A stretch of 64,000 nucleotides of DNA from Methanobacteriota archaeon (GCA_012729095.1 JAAYDU010000008.1:12252-76251); one strand, 5' to 3'; numbered from the stretch's first letter, positions 1-11,444 are shown. Program-made: numbers and translations. Notes: a model not told the origin generated them from the sequence alone.

Positions 1-3000
1 CCCGTTGATGGTGTCAAGGGTCTTGTACTCCATCAGGGTGATGCGCAGCACGGCGTCGCCCATGTAACGGTCGATGTTGTCCAGGTATCCATCGTCATCG
101 GTGTCAGCGCGGGTGGGGTCCGTCGGCGAACCGCACAGGGTGCTCCCGATGATCTCATTGCCATCGGAAACGCCATCGCTGTCGCTGTCGGCGGAACGCG
201 GATTGGTCATCCAACCGTCCGTTCCGAACTCCACCCCCTCCCCGTCGAGGAGGAGGTCGTCATCGGAATCGGCGTCCAACGGGTTCGTCGTGCCGTTGAC
301 CTGCAGGCGCGCGTATTCCACGCGACCTTTCTCTCCCGCCGTAGACACGTCCCTAACATAGATGTGCCATACGTTCGCCGAGGAGAGATCGCTAGCTGTG
401 TATGAAATGGGGGAGGTGAACAGGTTTCGGAGGATGAAGTAGTTCGCTCCGCTTCCGGTGTTGGCGGCCTTGATGACCTTCTGCGTTCCGGCCCCCTTGG
501 CGATCTTGACCTCCAGCTGTTGCTGCGAAGCGTGCATGATGCCCAGGACCAGGCAGAAGGACGCTATCGAGGCGCTGCCGCCTGCGATGGCCGGGACGCT
601 GATCCGTTATGTCCAGAACGGTGTTGTTGTCCGGGACGAGGTACGAATCGTCCGTCGACCAGGTGTAAGAATATTTTTCCGATCCGTCCAGCAGTCCGTC
701 GCTGTCGGTGTCGGGATCGCAGGGATCGGTGTTGTAAGCGGGCGACGTCTCCACGTTGTCATTGAGACCATCGGAGTCGGTGTCCGCGGAGAATGGGTTC
801 AGGTCGTGAACGTGCGTTCCGACGCTGCTCTGACTGATCCTCAACGCTTCGAGCGCGTCGCTGATGGTATCACCATCGGTGTCCCTGCAGACCGATATCG
901 TGTCGACCAGCACATTATCGTTCGTGATCCTGAACTGAAGGTTCACCGGGCCGCCGGAGGTGGCATCGTACATGTTGAGTGGAGATGTGACGAAGCGCGT
1001 GGTGTGCCACGCGCCATCGACGGTGAGGCTCCCCAACGTAAGATAGTTGCCATAGTCGGCGCCTTGGAACTGCTTGAGATAGGTGGTGCCGGAGGTGGCC
1101 CGGTAGGTAATGGTCAATATGTACCGGACGTCGCTGAGCGCACCGTTCAGTTGGAAATTGGCAGTGTTCGTGGTCGTCCTCCTCGCCATCGCGTTACCGA
1201 TGGAGAGTGGCGATGACCATCCTGAGCTCAGGATGCTGACACCGGGTGTGCGGGCGTCAGGGTCGGTGTCCCCGTTCCCCCCGACATCGGTGGACGATTG
1301 GGAGGTCCAGAGAACGATCTTCGTTAGATTCGTCAGCGGGGCGGAAAGCCTCAGCCTCAGGTTCATGCCAGGATTCGTCGAGGAAGTGTCGAAATAGGAG
1401 GCGGGATCGAGATGGATGACGGCCGAGGTCCCCTTGCTCTCCAACGTACCGATGCTGTCATAGATCGACCCGTCCCATTGCTGGACACCTACCCCGGAGC
1501 AGGGGCTGGCGGTCATGAACTCCAGGAAGTACTGGACATCAGTACGGGGAAGGGAGACCAGGATCGTGGCGAGGTTCGAACCGTTCACCACGGCGTTCCC
1601 GATCTGCCAATTGTCCCCGAGGACCGTTCCAGGATGGTCCTGGGAACCGCTGAAGAGATCCGACGCATATGCGACGGGGATGGCGCTGATGTGGTCGACG
1701 ATCACCTGATGATCGAAGCGCAGCCGGGCGTTCAAAGCGATGAGAGCTGATGATGAATCGTGGAACATGTCGCTCTTCAGCACGAAACTGTGCGCCCAGG
1801 CGGCCGTCCTTCCCGGAAGGGTCGCGACCTGTACCCAGTCGTTCCCGACGAGCATCGAGACGCCCACATCGGCCGACGAGGTGTAGGAGATGGTGACCTG
1901 ATAATAGGTGCTGGCCTGGTATGTGTCATCATACACATTGAGATAATAACTGCCATTGGCCGAGGTTTCCCTCATCCCTCCGGAGACGGCGCACCAACCG
2001 GTACCATCGATGATGACCATCCCAGGGGTATGGGAGAGTACGTCGTTGTCCCCTGAGGACCCCACGTTAAGGGAGAACTCTTCCCATCCGTTGAACAATC
2101 GAATGTCCAAGCCATATGATCCCTGCCCGGAACCGGATTGATGTGCCACCCGCACCTTCCATACCCCGTTCGCATTTATCGTGTATGATATGGTCTCGTC
2201 GCTGGAGGATGTCGACGATGCCTTCTGAACGTCGGACGGATTGTAGAGGTGGAGGTTGTAGTTCGCTCCCGATGGAACGTCCAACGAGATACTGATGCGT
2301 TCCCCGTTCAACAGGGGGAGGGAGTAATAATCATTAGTGTCCAGTGAGGCGTCCAGATATCCCACGTAGTTACCTGGGGCCAATAAGGAGGCCTCCCCGA
2401 TGCTGTCTCCCGCATCGATGCCAAGGTCGGCATCCTGAGGGATGGTGGTGAAGGTGTGACCGCCGCTTTCCTGTTGCACGCTCGAGGAAGCCGTGGCGAC
2501 CGATCTGACCTTGAAATGATATGTGGTCCCGGCCAAAAGACCGGTTAGGCTGACGCTATGATCTATTCCGTGGAGACCTCCAGCTGAGGACCCGTAGTTG
2601 GCAGTGGTACCGTAATAAACGATGCTGCTGGCATCGATGTTGGTCGTCCAGGTTATCGTCGCCACGTTCAGATCGGACAGGGTGCAGGCCACGGAGGAGA
2701 TGGTCAGGGATATGGACATCGAGGTGAACGTGAGGTCCGCGGTCGTGGCGTTCAAGGAATAGGTCTGACTGGACAGCACCGACGTGATTCGGTAATGATA
2801 CAGGACATTGGACCCCAGATTGGTGAGCGTGATGGAATGGCTCAATTTGGGACCATCATCATATCTCGTTGACCCATAGGATGCCGAGGTGCCGTAGTCC
2901 ACTCTTGAATCGGAATAAAGGTCAGTGCTCCAGGACACGGTCGCGGTCCCGGACCCCAGAGAGACGCTGATGGACCCGATCCACATCGATCCTGGATAGG

Positions 3001-4852
3001 GACTGAAAGATCTTACGCTAGACGAATAGACAGAGGAATCCTTAACCACGTATCCCTTGAGATAATACGTGACGTTCGAGCTGAGACCGGTTATGTTGGC
3101 CTCATAGCGCCCTGATTGGGCGGAACCGACAACTGTGCCGTTCAATCTGGTAGAAAGATTGGCCCCCGACGTTCCCCACATCAGGTAACCGTAGTCGCCA
3201 TGAAGGACGGTGGGCACCCGGCCCCCTAATTGATAGTGCCAACGGACGTTGAATACGGTATCGTTTATCGGCTCGAACACATCGAATACGAAGACACTTT
3301 CATAGAAGATCGTTCCGCCGGGAGGATCGAAAGGGTTGGGAAGCGACATGACAGACGCCGACCCGGATGGATCGCCCACGGTCACCAGATTTGCCGTTAT
3401 GGTCCCTCTGGCCTCTTCCACCTCGATCAGGTTATCGTAAGGTGCATAGACGAAAAAGGACCCGAGGTCGTCCATCAATGTCGTGGCGTTCTCGACCGCC
3501 GTGGCATCGTCCCGGTTATCCAGATGAGAGATTATGGCATTGACGCGGCCCTTGATCTCGGCCCTTGTTCCATTCCCATCGACGAACATCACCGGGTCCA
3601 AGGAACCGATGAAGTCCGGAAGCCGGGAGATATCGGCGATGGAGAAGTCCATGTCATGACGGACAAAGAGCTCCTGGGCCCCGAAATGCTCCTCTGCGTA
3701 CGCACAGGAGAATGAGCCGGGGCAGGTTGTGAAGACCACGGGGAAGCTGGCTGATAGACCAGGGGTCGATATCTGCATCTTGTTATGAGCGTTTCCCTGC
3801 TGGTCGCATCTCACCGCCCAAACGCTTGACCCTTCATCCGAGGTCTCTACGTAGGCCATTCGGACCATCGGACCGGAAGATGATATGGTCAAAGCACTGA
3901 TGGAGCCACCGTCAGCCTCCAGAACGGTATGACGTGTCCAGCTGCTCGGATCTCCGAGACAGCGAGCCATTTTAATGGCGTTATCATCAATGAACACGAT
4001 GCATGCCCTTTCTTTGAGATACGTTATCTCAACAGGTCCCCCGTCACATCCTTCGTACACCAACGACGGATCGGAGATCAAAGTGCCATTGGTTCCGATC
4101 CGGAGGTAGAGAATACGATCGGAGGCGTCATCGACGAACGCGACGTCCAGCACCCCGTTCCGGAAGGACATGTCCGCATCGACGGCGGCGATCGGCAAGG
4201 CGGCCAGGAACGAGGCGTTCACTTCGCCATCCACCAGTTCGATGGATGCTAGCGATGTCCTTTCCACCCCGTCGAACATGGCGTTCATGAGCAGATAGAC
4301 GGCGTTCCCGTCAGATGTAGCGGTAGGCTCACTGCCGACGGACAACACCAAACAGTTGCTCCAATCATCGCTGTCATCCATATAGAGGAAGTACACCGAT
4401 GTCCCACCCAGGGGAGATTCCTGACCTTGGAAGAGGACAGCGACGGGGAAGGAACTTCCGAGGACGATCTCGATGTTGGATATTGAATGGAAGAAGGGTG
4501 TGATCGTTCGATCGGCCGTGAAGGTCGATAGCGAACCGTTGGAACGCTTCCAAGCTAGCTTTTGAGCCCCTTCCTCCCCGTCGACCCATAGCACGTGCGT
4601 TGTATCTCCTTGAACCCCGATACAGGGGGAAGATGCTCCCTTGTTCGAGATGGTCAACCTCCTGTCCGCATGCTCGATCGATGGTCGTTGATCGAGCACC
4701 TCGGCAGCCTCGGCCTCCGCCGTCTCCGCCCGGACATCGGACCCTATCACATAGAACGCCGCGATGACCATCAGATAGACGCAAGCTACGCTGATCCATT
4801 TCTTAGCAAATGCGTTCGTCCAACTTTCCCCTTGAGGTGTTTTGGAAATCAT
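1..4852 (-). CDS. Very large secreted/surface multidomain protein (signal peptide, 2-3 FN3-like domains, PPC domain, repeated beta modules, DxDxDG Ca-binding repeats, P-domain-like module); frameshift at ~604; runs off the left edge
   Basis: ORF 392..4852 has an N-terminal hydrophobic signal, ATVSWSTD..YG..YG FN3-like repeats, a DYY..NYNLHLYNP PPC motif and DTDSDGL repeats. Removing one base at 604-605 gives a stop-free frame to position 1 (ITISVPAIAG...WHIYVRD...NPLDADSDDDLLLDG...DPTRADTDDDGYLD). Confidence 0.75.
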
Positions 4853-4940
4853 GTTTTTTATTGGTATATAACAATGATTGGAGCATGCTCATTTCTTAGA
4901 GATATTAAAGAAGCGGTACGGATCGTTTTACAATCCGACG

Positions 4941-4978
4941 CTTCATTTTCACCCACCTCCCCCTGTCAGTCCTTTATA
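4941..4978 (+). promoter_or_regulatory. Promoter of the PolB2 operon: TATA box (TTTATA 4973-4978) and upstream CTTCATTTTCA motif (4941-4951)
   Basis: TATA ~30 nt before ATG 5009, RBS GGTGAG at 5000-5005. The upstream motif resembles archaeal DNA-damage elements. Confidence 0.45.
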
Positions 4979-5008
4979 CTCTCAAGGCGAAGTTGATGCG
5001 GTGAGCAG

Positions 5009-5746
5009 ATGTCCCGCCTCATGCCCGAGATGGTGACCGAACCGCTGGTCCATGATTTCCATTCCGTTACAGATGGAATGCTGGCCACCACCGCCATACC
5101 CCCAGTGGACGAACTTCTCGGCGGATTGGAACCGGGAACGGTCACCACTATCGACAGTTCGGACAAGCTGCTGTTCAACCTGGTAAACATGCTGAGCGTG
5201 AACTTCGTCCGCGAATGGCATCGTGACGTGATCTGGGTGGACGGCGGGAACTCCGTCAATCCATACGATCTCACGTACGTGTGCAAACGATTCCGGCTGC
5301 GCCCGGAGGAGGTGCTGAACAGCATCAGCGTATCCAGGGCCTTCACCGCCTACCAGATGTCCACTCTGATCGAGGAGTCGTTGGAGGAAGAGCTCTGCCG
5401 CAGCAAGGGCGGCATGATCGTGGTGTCATGCTACCCGGACCTATTCCAGGACGCAGACATGGACTGGAATGAATCCCTGAAGCTCATGGAGAGGGGCATG
5501 GGCAAGCTGCGTTCGCTGACGGCCAAGCACCGCACCGTGAGCGTGGTGACGAACTACGGCCTGGCGAAGCTGATGTACCGCAAGGGACTGCGCTCCCTAT
5601 TCTACGAAAAAGTCGACCGAGTGGTCAGCGTGGAGCATCGTTCCGGCTACGTGCGCATATCATTACCGAGGGAAGAGAGGGAGATCATGTACCGGCCGGT
5701 CCCGCCGAACCAGACCACCTTGGACGAGTACAAGAGGCGTTTCTGA
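5009..5746 (+). CDS. Inactivated RadA/RecA-like protein of PolB2 operons (ImuA-like)
   Basis: IPPVDELLGGLEPG, VIWVDGGNSVNPY and ISVSRAFTAYQ are RadA-like; Walker A is degenerate. First gene of the polB2 cluster. Confidence 0.8.
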   Translation: MSRLMPEMVTEPLVHDFHSVTDGMLATTAIPPVDELLGGLEPGTVTTIDSSDKLLFNLVNMLSVNFVREWHRDVIWVDGGNSVNPYDLTYVCKRFRLRPEEVLNSISVSRAFTAYQMSTLIEESLEEELCRSKGGMIVVSCYPDLFQDADMDWNESLKLMERGMGKLRSLTAKHRTVSVVTNYGLAKLMYRKGLRSLFYEKVDRVVSVEHRSGYVRISLPREEREIMYRPVPPNQTTLDEYKRRF

Positions 5747-5985
5747 TGGGTCGGACCGTACCAACGTACCGCATGGCCTCGGAAACCCTCTTCCAGAGCT
5801 GGAACGATTTCCGACGCGCCCTTTCGCAGGAGGACCGCGAGGCGTTCGACCGCCTTTCGGACAAGGCCCGGTTGCACGCTTCCGCTTGTTCCGTTGCCGC
5901 TTTCCTCGATCCTCTGGAAGGGACGCTGCTCTCCATACTCCTGGAGCAGGAGAAGGAGCTGGAGCGCCTGCGCAAGAAGGCCTGA
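5746..5985 (+). CDS. Small alpha-helical PolB2-associated protein (arCOG07300-like)
   Basis: MGRTVPTYR...FRRALSQEDREAFDRL; overlaps the upstream stop; sits between the RadA-like gene and polB2. Confidence 0.75.
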   Translation: MGRTVPTYRMASETLFQSWNDFRRALSQEDREAFDRLSDKARLHASACSVAAFLDPLEGTLLSILLEQEKELERLRKKA

Positions 5986-5989
5986 TCCG

Positions 5990-8146
5990 ATGCGCGGATG
6001 GATCCTGGACTGTTACGCGGACGAGGTCAACAACGAGATGGTGACCTGGATAAAGACGTCCGCGGGAATTGAGCGCATGGCCGACCGCGAGTACCGCCCG
6101 TGTTTCTATGTCAAACCCTCCGCGGAACGACAGCAGGACCTGCTCCTCGGTCTCAAGGAGGCGGGAGTGGAGCATCGCTGGGAGAAGCACCGCACCTGGC
6201 TGACCGGGCCGTTAGAGGACGTGCTGAAGGTTACCCCCCGCGGATACCGCAACCTGATGCCTCTGGCGAAGACCATAGACAAGTGGGGATGTCACCGGGA
6301 CCACACGCTCTTCAATGTCGATACACGCATGGACACCCGCTACTTCCTGCATCGCAAGGTGTTCCCTATGGGACTGATGGACGTGGATCGCTGGAAGAAC
6401 CTGGACACCCCGTTCCGATTGGACTACCCGATGCCCGAGCTGCGTACGTGCGAACTTACGCTGGAGACGTCCGCCCGACGGGGGATGCCCACCATTAAGG
6501 ACCGTCTGAAGCGGGCCACTCTCGACGACATCGTGATGGAGGGCAAGGAGGCGGAGATCCTGGAGCTGTTGCAGCAGGCCCTTCGAGACAGGGACCCAGA
6601 CGTGCTGGTCACCGACGGCGGCGATAGCTTCCATCTTCCGTTCCTGGAGAAGTGCGCCGAACGTAATGAAATTGAACTGGAGCTGGGACGGGAAGGGGGA
6701 AAGCGCCGCGGGAAAGGAAAGAGCTACTTCACATACGGGCGCATCCTTTACAAACCGCCGGCGTACAAGCTGCGCGGCCGGATCCACCTGGACAAAGGCT
6801 CCTCGTTCATCTTCCAGGAAGGGAAAATGGCCGGACTGATCGACCTTTGCCGCCTTTCTCGTATATCGTTGCAGGACATGGCCCGCATGTCCCCGGGGAG
6901 CGCCATCAGCGCCATGCAGGTGAACGAGGCCAGCAAGATGGGCTCACTGGTGATGTGGAAGAAGAATTTGCCGGAAGATTTTAAGACCGCCGCCGAGCTG
7001 GTGGCCTGCGACCGCGGCGGGCTCATCTACGAACCGAGGGTAGGTCTGCACGAGCACATCCAGGAGGTGGACTTCACTTCACTTTACCCGAGCATCATGG
7101 TCCGCCACAACATATCCCCGGAGACGCTGAACTGCGATTGCTGCCGGGACAGCGGGGAGCCCGTGCCTGGGTTAGGATACTGGACCTGCACCAAGCGCAG
7201 GGGACTGCTGGGAAGGGTGCTGGAGCCGATCGTCCGCCGGAGGATATCGCTCAAGCGCCTGAAGAACGAGGGCGGACGGCGGAGCGCCATCTATGACCAG
7301 CAGGCCAAGGTGCTCAAGTGGGTGCTGGTGACCTGCTTCGGTTATACCGGCTACCGCAACGCCCGCTTCGGTCGTATCGAGTGCCACGAATCGATCACCG
7401 CCCACGGACGGGAGATATTGTTAAAATCGGCTGAGGTGGCCGAGAATCGCGGCTTCCGCGTGCTGCATGGAATAGTGGACTCCTTATGGCTGGAAGGGGA
7501 CGGGGATGTTAAGGCCTACTGCCGGGAGATAGGGCAGCGCATGGGCATACCTCTTGTCTGGGACGGGGAGTACAAGTGGATAGTGTTCTTGCCGAACCTG
7601 ACCAATGGCGCAGGTGCACTGAACCGTTACTATGGCGCGTTCCAGGACGGGGAGCTGAAGGTGCGCGGCATAGCGCTGCGCCGGAGGGACACCTGCACCC
7701 TGGCCAGGGAATTACAGCAGGGCATGCTGGATCGCTTGGTGCTCGGAGAGGATGCTGAAGGGTTCCGTCATCGAATACTGGAAGCATTGGGCGTTCTGGA
7801 TTCCTTCATACGGAACCTGAGGGACATGGAGGTGCCGCTGGAGAAGCTGGTGCTCTCCCGGCGTATCACCAGGGAGCTGAAAGATTACCGTCAGAGGAAC
7901 GATCAATTTCGCGCTTTGAGCCAGCTGGAGGACCAGGGCTTCCGGACGCCCCCCGGGGAAGCGGTCGAGTTCATCATGATAAGGGGCAAGGACGTCAAGG
8001 TGGCGCAGTTCCTGGACGGAGAGGAGGAGTACGATGTCGGGCGGTACGAGGAACTCATGTTCCGAGCGGCTGGGGAGCTTTTATCGCCCTTCGAGCTCGG
8101 CCAGGACCGCCTGCGCGATTTCTACCGCATGAACGGGGCGAAATAG
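5990..8146 (+). CDS. polB2: Family B DNA polymerase, PolB2 (Dpo2) group
   Basis: Motif A DFTSLYPSI, motif B variant KWVLVTCFGY, motif C variant HGIVDS (canonical YGDTDS), degenerate exonuclease region. ATG 5990 is in frame with ORF 5894. Confidence 0.88.
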   Translation: MRGWILDCYADEVNNEMVTWIKTSAGIERMADREYRPCFYVKPSAERQQDLLLGLKEAGVEHRWEKHRTWLTGPLEDVLKVTPRGYRNLMPLAKTIDKWGCHRDHTLFNVDTRMDTRYFLHRKVFPMGLMDVDRWKNLDTPFRLDYPMPELRTCELTLETSARRGMPTIKDRLKRATLDDIVMEGKEAEILELLQQALRDRDPDVLVTDGGDSFHLPFLEKCAERNEIELELGREGGKRRGKGKSYFTYGRILYKPPAYKLRGRIHLDKGSSFIFQEGKMAGLIDLCRLSRISLQDMARMSPGSAISAMQVNEASKMGSLVMWKKNLPEDFKTAAELVACDRGGLIYEPRVGLHEHIQEVDFTSLYPSIMVRHNISPETLNCDCCRDSGEPVPGLGYWTCTKRRGLLGRVLEPIVRRRISLKRLKNEGGRRSAIYDQQAKVLKWVLVTCFGYTGYRNARFGRIECHESITAHGREILLKSAEVAENRGFRVLHGIVDSLWLEGDGDVKAYCREIGQRMGIPLVWDGEYKWIVFLPNLTNGAGALNRYYGAFQDGELKVRGIALRRRDTCTLARELQQGMLDRLVLGEDAEGFRHRILEALGVLDSFIRNLRDMEVPLEKLVLSRRITRELKDYRQRNDQFRALSQLEDQGFRTPPGEAVEFIMIRGKDVKVAQFLDGEEEYDVGRYEELMFRAAGELLSPFELGQDRLRDFYRMNGAK

Positions 8147-9654
8147 TACAGGAGTATCGGAAGCAGAAGGCAGCCTGTCAGATGCACCCTGCTTACGCCG
8201 ATCTTCCCGGGCACCGTGCCGAGGATGGTCGACAGCGTAAGCAACAACAGCCCGCCGGGGCCGGCCAGAGCGAAGGACAGTGTGACCATGCCGATCAATG
8301 CCCCTTGATTGAGCCTGGTCAGGTCGCGCCCCTGCGCCTTCAGCAGCATTTTTCTGCCTAGGCGCATGGTGAGCACGTATGAGATCAAAGACGCGAACAG
8401 TATGCACAGCAGCAGGGACGGCATATCCGTGACGGAAAGAGCGGGCATGGCCTCCTGCATCGCCAACAACGTACCGCTCCTCCCCTTGCCGAGGAGCAGT
8501 AACGTTCCCAATCCAAGCACCGCCGCTCCCGTTCCCACGGCCGACACGGTCGATATGAACTCCTCCGGGCCTTCGCGGGAGCGGGGCAGCAGGGTCGAAA
8601 GCACCGCTCCGGCCGTGGCCGTGACGCCAGGAAGCCAGCCCACCATCCCGCCCATCAACGAGCCTCTGAGGGCCCCTGTCACCGATGGCGGCAGATCTGC
8701 CTCCCCTTCCTGCTCGGGCATGCGGCCGCGCGAGGAGCCGATGAGCAGCGGCAGCCCGAAGAGGCCGGTGAAGAGGGGCATCAGCATGTTCCCCTCCATT
8801 CCCCTCCAGATATCATCACCGGGTACCAGGCCGTCCATGGCCATCAAGCCCAGGACGCCTGAGCAGAGGAACAGCAGAACCGCCCAACCGATGATGGGGA
8901 GGCGGTCCTTGCGAACTATCCATCTCCCTATCAGCGTCCAGTCACCTGCTTCGGGCCCGTGCCCCCTTATTCGGAATGACTGCAAAGGCGTCCGAACGTA
9001 CCACCTTCCATTATGACGAATGACGGAACCGATGACCCTTGCTGAATCACCGCCCACCGGTATGTGCCGCTTCAGGGAGATGACCTCGGCCGGTGTGTAA
9101 CGGCCGCCCCTCATGTCCAGCTCCGCCATGGGGTCGGCCTTCCCGCTCTCCGCCCAGAACAACACTAACGGAACGGCCAGCAGTAACCATGGGATGGCGG
9201 GAGCTGCGGAGCTCAGGGCGTTAGCGACGTAGACATGAACGAACGGCAGCGGCATCAGCACGATCGTTCCGGCCATGGCCCCTACCAGGCTGCCCTGGGC
9301 CGCCGCCTGCAGGGCGTTCATTCCTTTGCCTTCGAGAATAAGACGGTGCGACGGCAGCACGGACATGCACTCCGTTTCATCAGGCACGCCCATGATCAGG
9401 GACGGGATGTAATCCAGAAAGGAGTGGCATATCGCCGCGGAAAGGATTGTGCATGCCACCAGCAAAGCGGGCGGGAGCGAGCATCCGACCGTAACGCATA
9501 TGCCATCCAGAATAGGGGACAGCGACGGAACGCCCATTATCAGCAGCACGGCCAAAGTGTTCACGTGAATGCCCGGAGCAAGTCCGGACAGCGCCCCCAT
9601 CCCCATGCCGAACAGGGTGAAGTAGAGCAGTAGCAGAAGGTCGGCGCCGAACAC
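8122..9654 (-). CDS. TctA-family (archaeal DUF112-like) tripartite tricarboxylate transporter permease
   Basis: GLAPGIHVNT, HSFLDYIPS...GVPD, SVLPSHRL...G motifs; many TM helices. Confidence 0.8.
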   Translation of the reverse strand: MFGADLLLLLYFTLFGMGMGALSGLAPGIHVNTLAVLLIMGVPSLSPILDGICVTVGCSLPPALLVACTILSAAICHSFLDYIPSLIMGVPDETECMSVLPSHRLILEGKGMNALQAAAQGSLVGAMAGTIVLMPLPFVHVYVANALSSAAPAIPWLLLAVPLVLFWAESGKADPMAELDMRGGRYTPAEVISLKRHIPVGGDSARVIGSVIRHNGRWYVRTPLQSFRIRGHGPEAGDWTLIGRWIVRKDRLPIIGWAVLLFLCSGVLGLMAMDGLVPGDDIWRGMEGNMLMPLFTGLFGLPLLIGSSRGRMPEQEGEADLPPSVTGALRGSLMGGMVGWLPGVTATAGAVLSTLLPRSREGPEEFISTVSAVGTGAAVLGLGTLLLLGKGRSGTLLAMQEAMPALSVTDMPSLLLCILFASLISYVLTMRLGRKMLLKAQGRDLTRLNQGALIGMVTLSFALAGPGGLLLLTLSTILGTVPGKIGVSRVHLTGCLLLPILLYYFAPFMR

Positions 9655-9750
9655 GCTGGACCAGCCGGTTCCAGTGTCAAATGCCGTACGGTTGCAATCA
9701 CGCTAACCGGCCTTTCTGCTTAATATATGCAAATCGATAGCGGGCCGCTC

Positions 9751-10659
9751 ATGCCAGCCGTGCGCGCGGAGAAGCTGACCAAGGTGTTCGACGACCTGAG
9801 GGCAGTGGACGCTATCGATTTCGAGATCGGGGAGGGTGAGTGCTTCGGCTTCCTCGGCCCGAACGGAGCTGGAAAGAGCACGACCATGCGAATGATACAT
9901 TGCGCCAGCCCGATAACCTCCGGCGAGCTGGATGTCCTAGGTATGGCAGTCAACGGCAGATGCCGGGAGATAAAGGCGGCCATCGGCGTTGCCCCCCAGG
10001 AGAACAACCTGGACCCCGACTTCACCGTGCGCAGGAACCTCACCGTCTACGGACGCTACTTCGGGCTTCCCAAGGAAGTGCTGGAAGAGCGGGCGGACCG
10101 GCTGCTGGAGTTCATGCAGCTGACCGAGAAGCGGGACGAACGGATACAGGACATCTCCGGGGGAATGAAGCGCCGCCTGATAATCGCCAGAGCCATGATG
10201 AACGACCCTCGGCTCCTGATACTTGACGAGCCTACGACCGGACTTGACCCTCAGGCCAGGCACCTCATCTGGGAGAAGGTGCGCGAGCTGAAACGGAAGA
10301 AGGTGACCGTCGTTCTCACCACGCATTACATGGACGAGGCGGAGCGGCTGTGCGACCGTCTGGTCATCATGGACCACGGGAAGATCATACTGGAAGGGAG
10401 GCCGCGTGAGCTGATAGACCAGGTGATCGGCACGGATGTGATGGAGATCGACGAGCCCACGGACGAGATGGAAACTTACGTGAAAGTGAGGGGGTGGCAG
10501 TACGAACGGACCATCGACCGCATGCTCATCTACACTGAAGAAGGACAGAACGTCGCCGCCGAGCTCAAGGAGCGCTTCGCCATGAGCTACTACCTGATCA
10601 GGAACGCCACGCTGGAGGACGTGTTCCTTCGCACGACCGGGAGGGCGCTGGTGGAATGA
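9751..10659 (+). CDS. ABC exporter ATP-binding subunit (NodI/DrrA-like)
   Basis: GPNGAGKST, ISGGMKRR, ILDEPTTGLD. Confidence 0.9.
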   Translation: MPAVRAEKLTKVFDDLRAVDAIDFEIGEGECFGFLGPNGAGKSTTMRMIHCASPITSGELDVLGMAVNGRCREIKAAIGVAPQENNLDPDFTVRRNLTVYGRYFGLPKEVLEERADRLLEFMQLTEKRDERIQDISGGMKRRLIIARAMMNDPRLLILDEPTTGLDPQARHLIWEKVRELKRKKVTVVLTTHYMDEAERLCDRLVIMDHGKIILEGRPRELIDQVIGTDVMEIDEPTDEMETYVKVRGWQYERTIDRMLIYTEEGQNVAAELKERFAMSYYLIRNATLEDVFLRTTGRALVE

Positions 10660-11444
10660 GCCTGATCTCCAACATCTCCTGGCGCTCCATGGCCCTCTGG
10701 AAGCGCAACCGCGACGTGTTCCTGACGACGTGGAAGACCAACTTCCTTCCACCGTTCCTTGAGCCGATCCTTTACCTGGTGGCCATGGGCCTTGGTTTCG
10801 GCGCCCTCATAGAGGCGGATATCGAGTACGGCGGCAGGAGCCTGGAATACATCAAGTTCCTTGCCCCTGGCCTGGTGGCCATCAGCATAATGTACGGCGC
10901 GTTCTTCGAATGCACCTACTCGTCTTTCGTACGAATGTACTACCAGAAGACCTTCGACGCCATACTGGCAACCCCGCTGTCCCTGGAGGACATTATCGCT
11001 GGCGAGATACTTTGGGGGGCTACCAAGAGCTTCATAAACGCCACGATAGTGCTGGGCGTGATCGCCGCCTTCGGTTACGCGGAATTCCCGGGGCTTCTTC
11101 TGATCCCGTTGATCTCCTTCGTAGGCGGTCTGATGTTCGCCTCACTGGCCATGCTGTTCACTGCCCTGGTCCCGAACATGGACTCCTTCAACTACCCGTT
11201 CTTCCTGCTCATAACGCCGATGTTCCTCTTCAGCGGGACCTTCTTCCCCCTGAACGTGCTGCCGGAATGGGGTCAGCAACTGGCCATGACCCTGCCGCTC
11301 ACACACATATCCAACATGGCCAGGGACCTGTCCTACAACATGATGTCGGCCGAGCTGGCCATAGGCGCCGCCTATGTCATCGCTTTGACGGCGGTCTGCT
11401 TCCTCGCTTCCGCCTATCTCATGAAGAAGCGCTTGGTCAAATGA
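10656..11444 (+). CDS. ABC-2 exporter permease (NodJ-like)
   Basis: Six TM helices, PMFLFSGTFFP; ATGA overlap with the ATPase gene. Confidence 0.88.
   Translation: MSLISNISWRSMALWKRNRDVFLTTWKTNFLPPFLEPILYLVAMGLGFGALIEADIEYGGRSLEYIKFLAPGLVAISIMYGAFFECTYSSFVRMYYQKTFDAILATPLSLEDIIAGEILWGATKSFINATIVLGVIAAFGYAEFPGLLLIPLISFVGGLMFASLAMLFTALVPNMDSFNYPFFLLITPMFLFSGTFFPLNVLPEWGQQLAMTLPLTHISNMARDLSYNMMSAELAIGAAYVIALTAVCFLASAYLMKKRLVK

Noticed and set aside
5990..8146. PolB as a casposon or viral replicase
   Set aside because: It has PolB2 motifs and operon context, with no cas1, capsid genes or terminal repeats.
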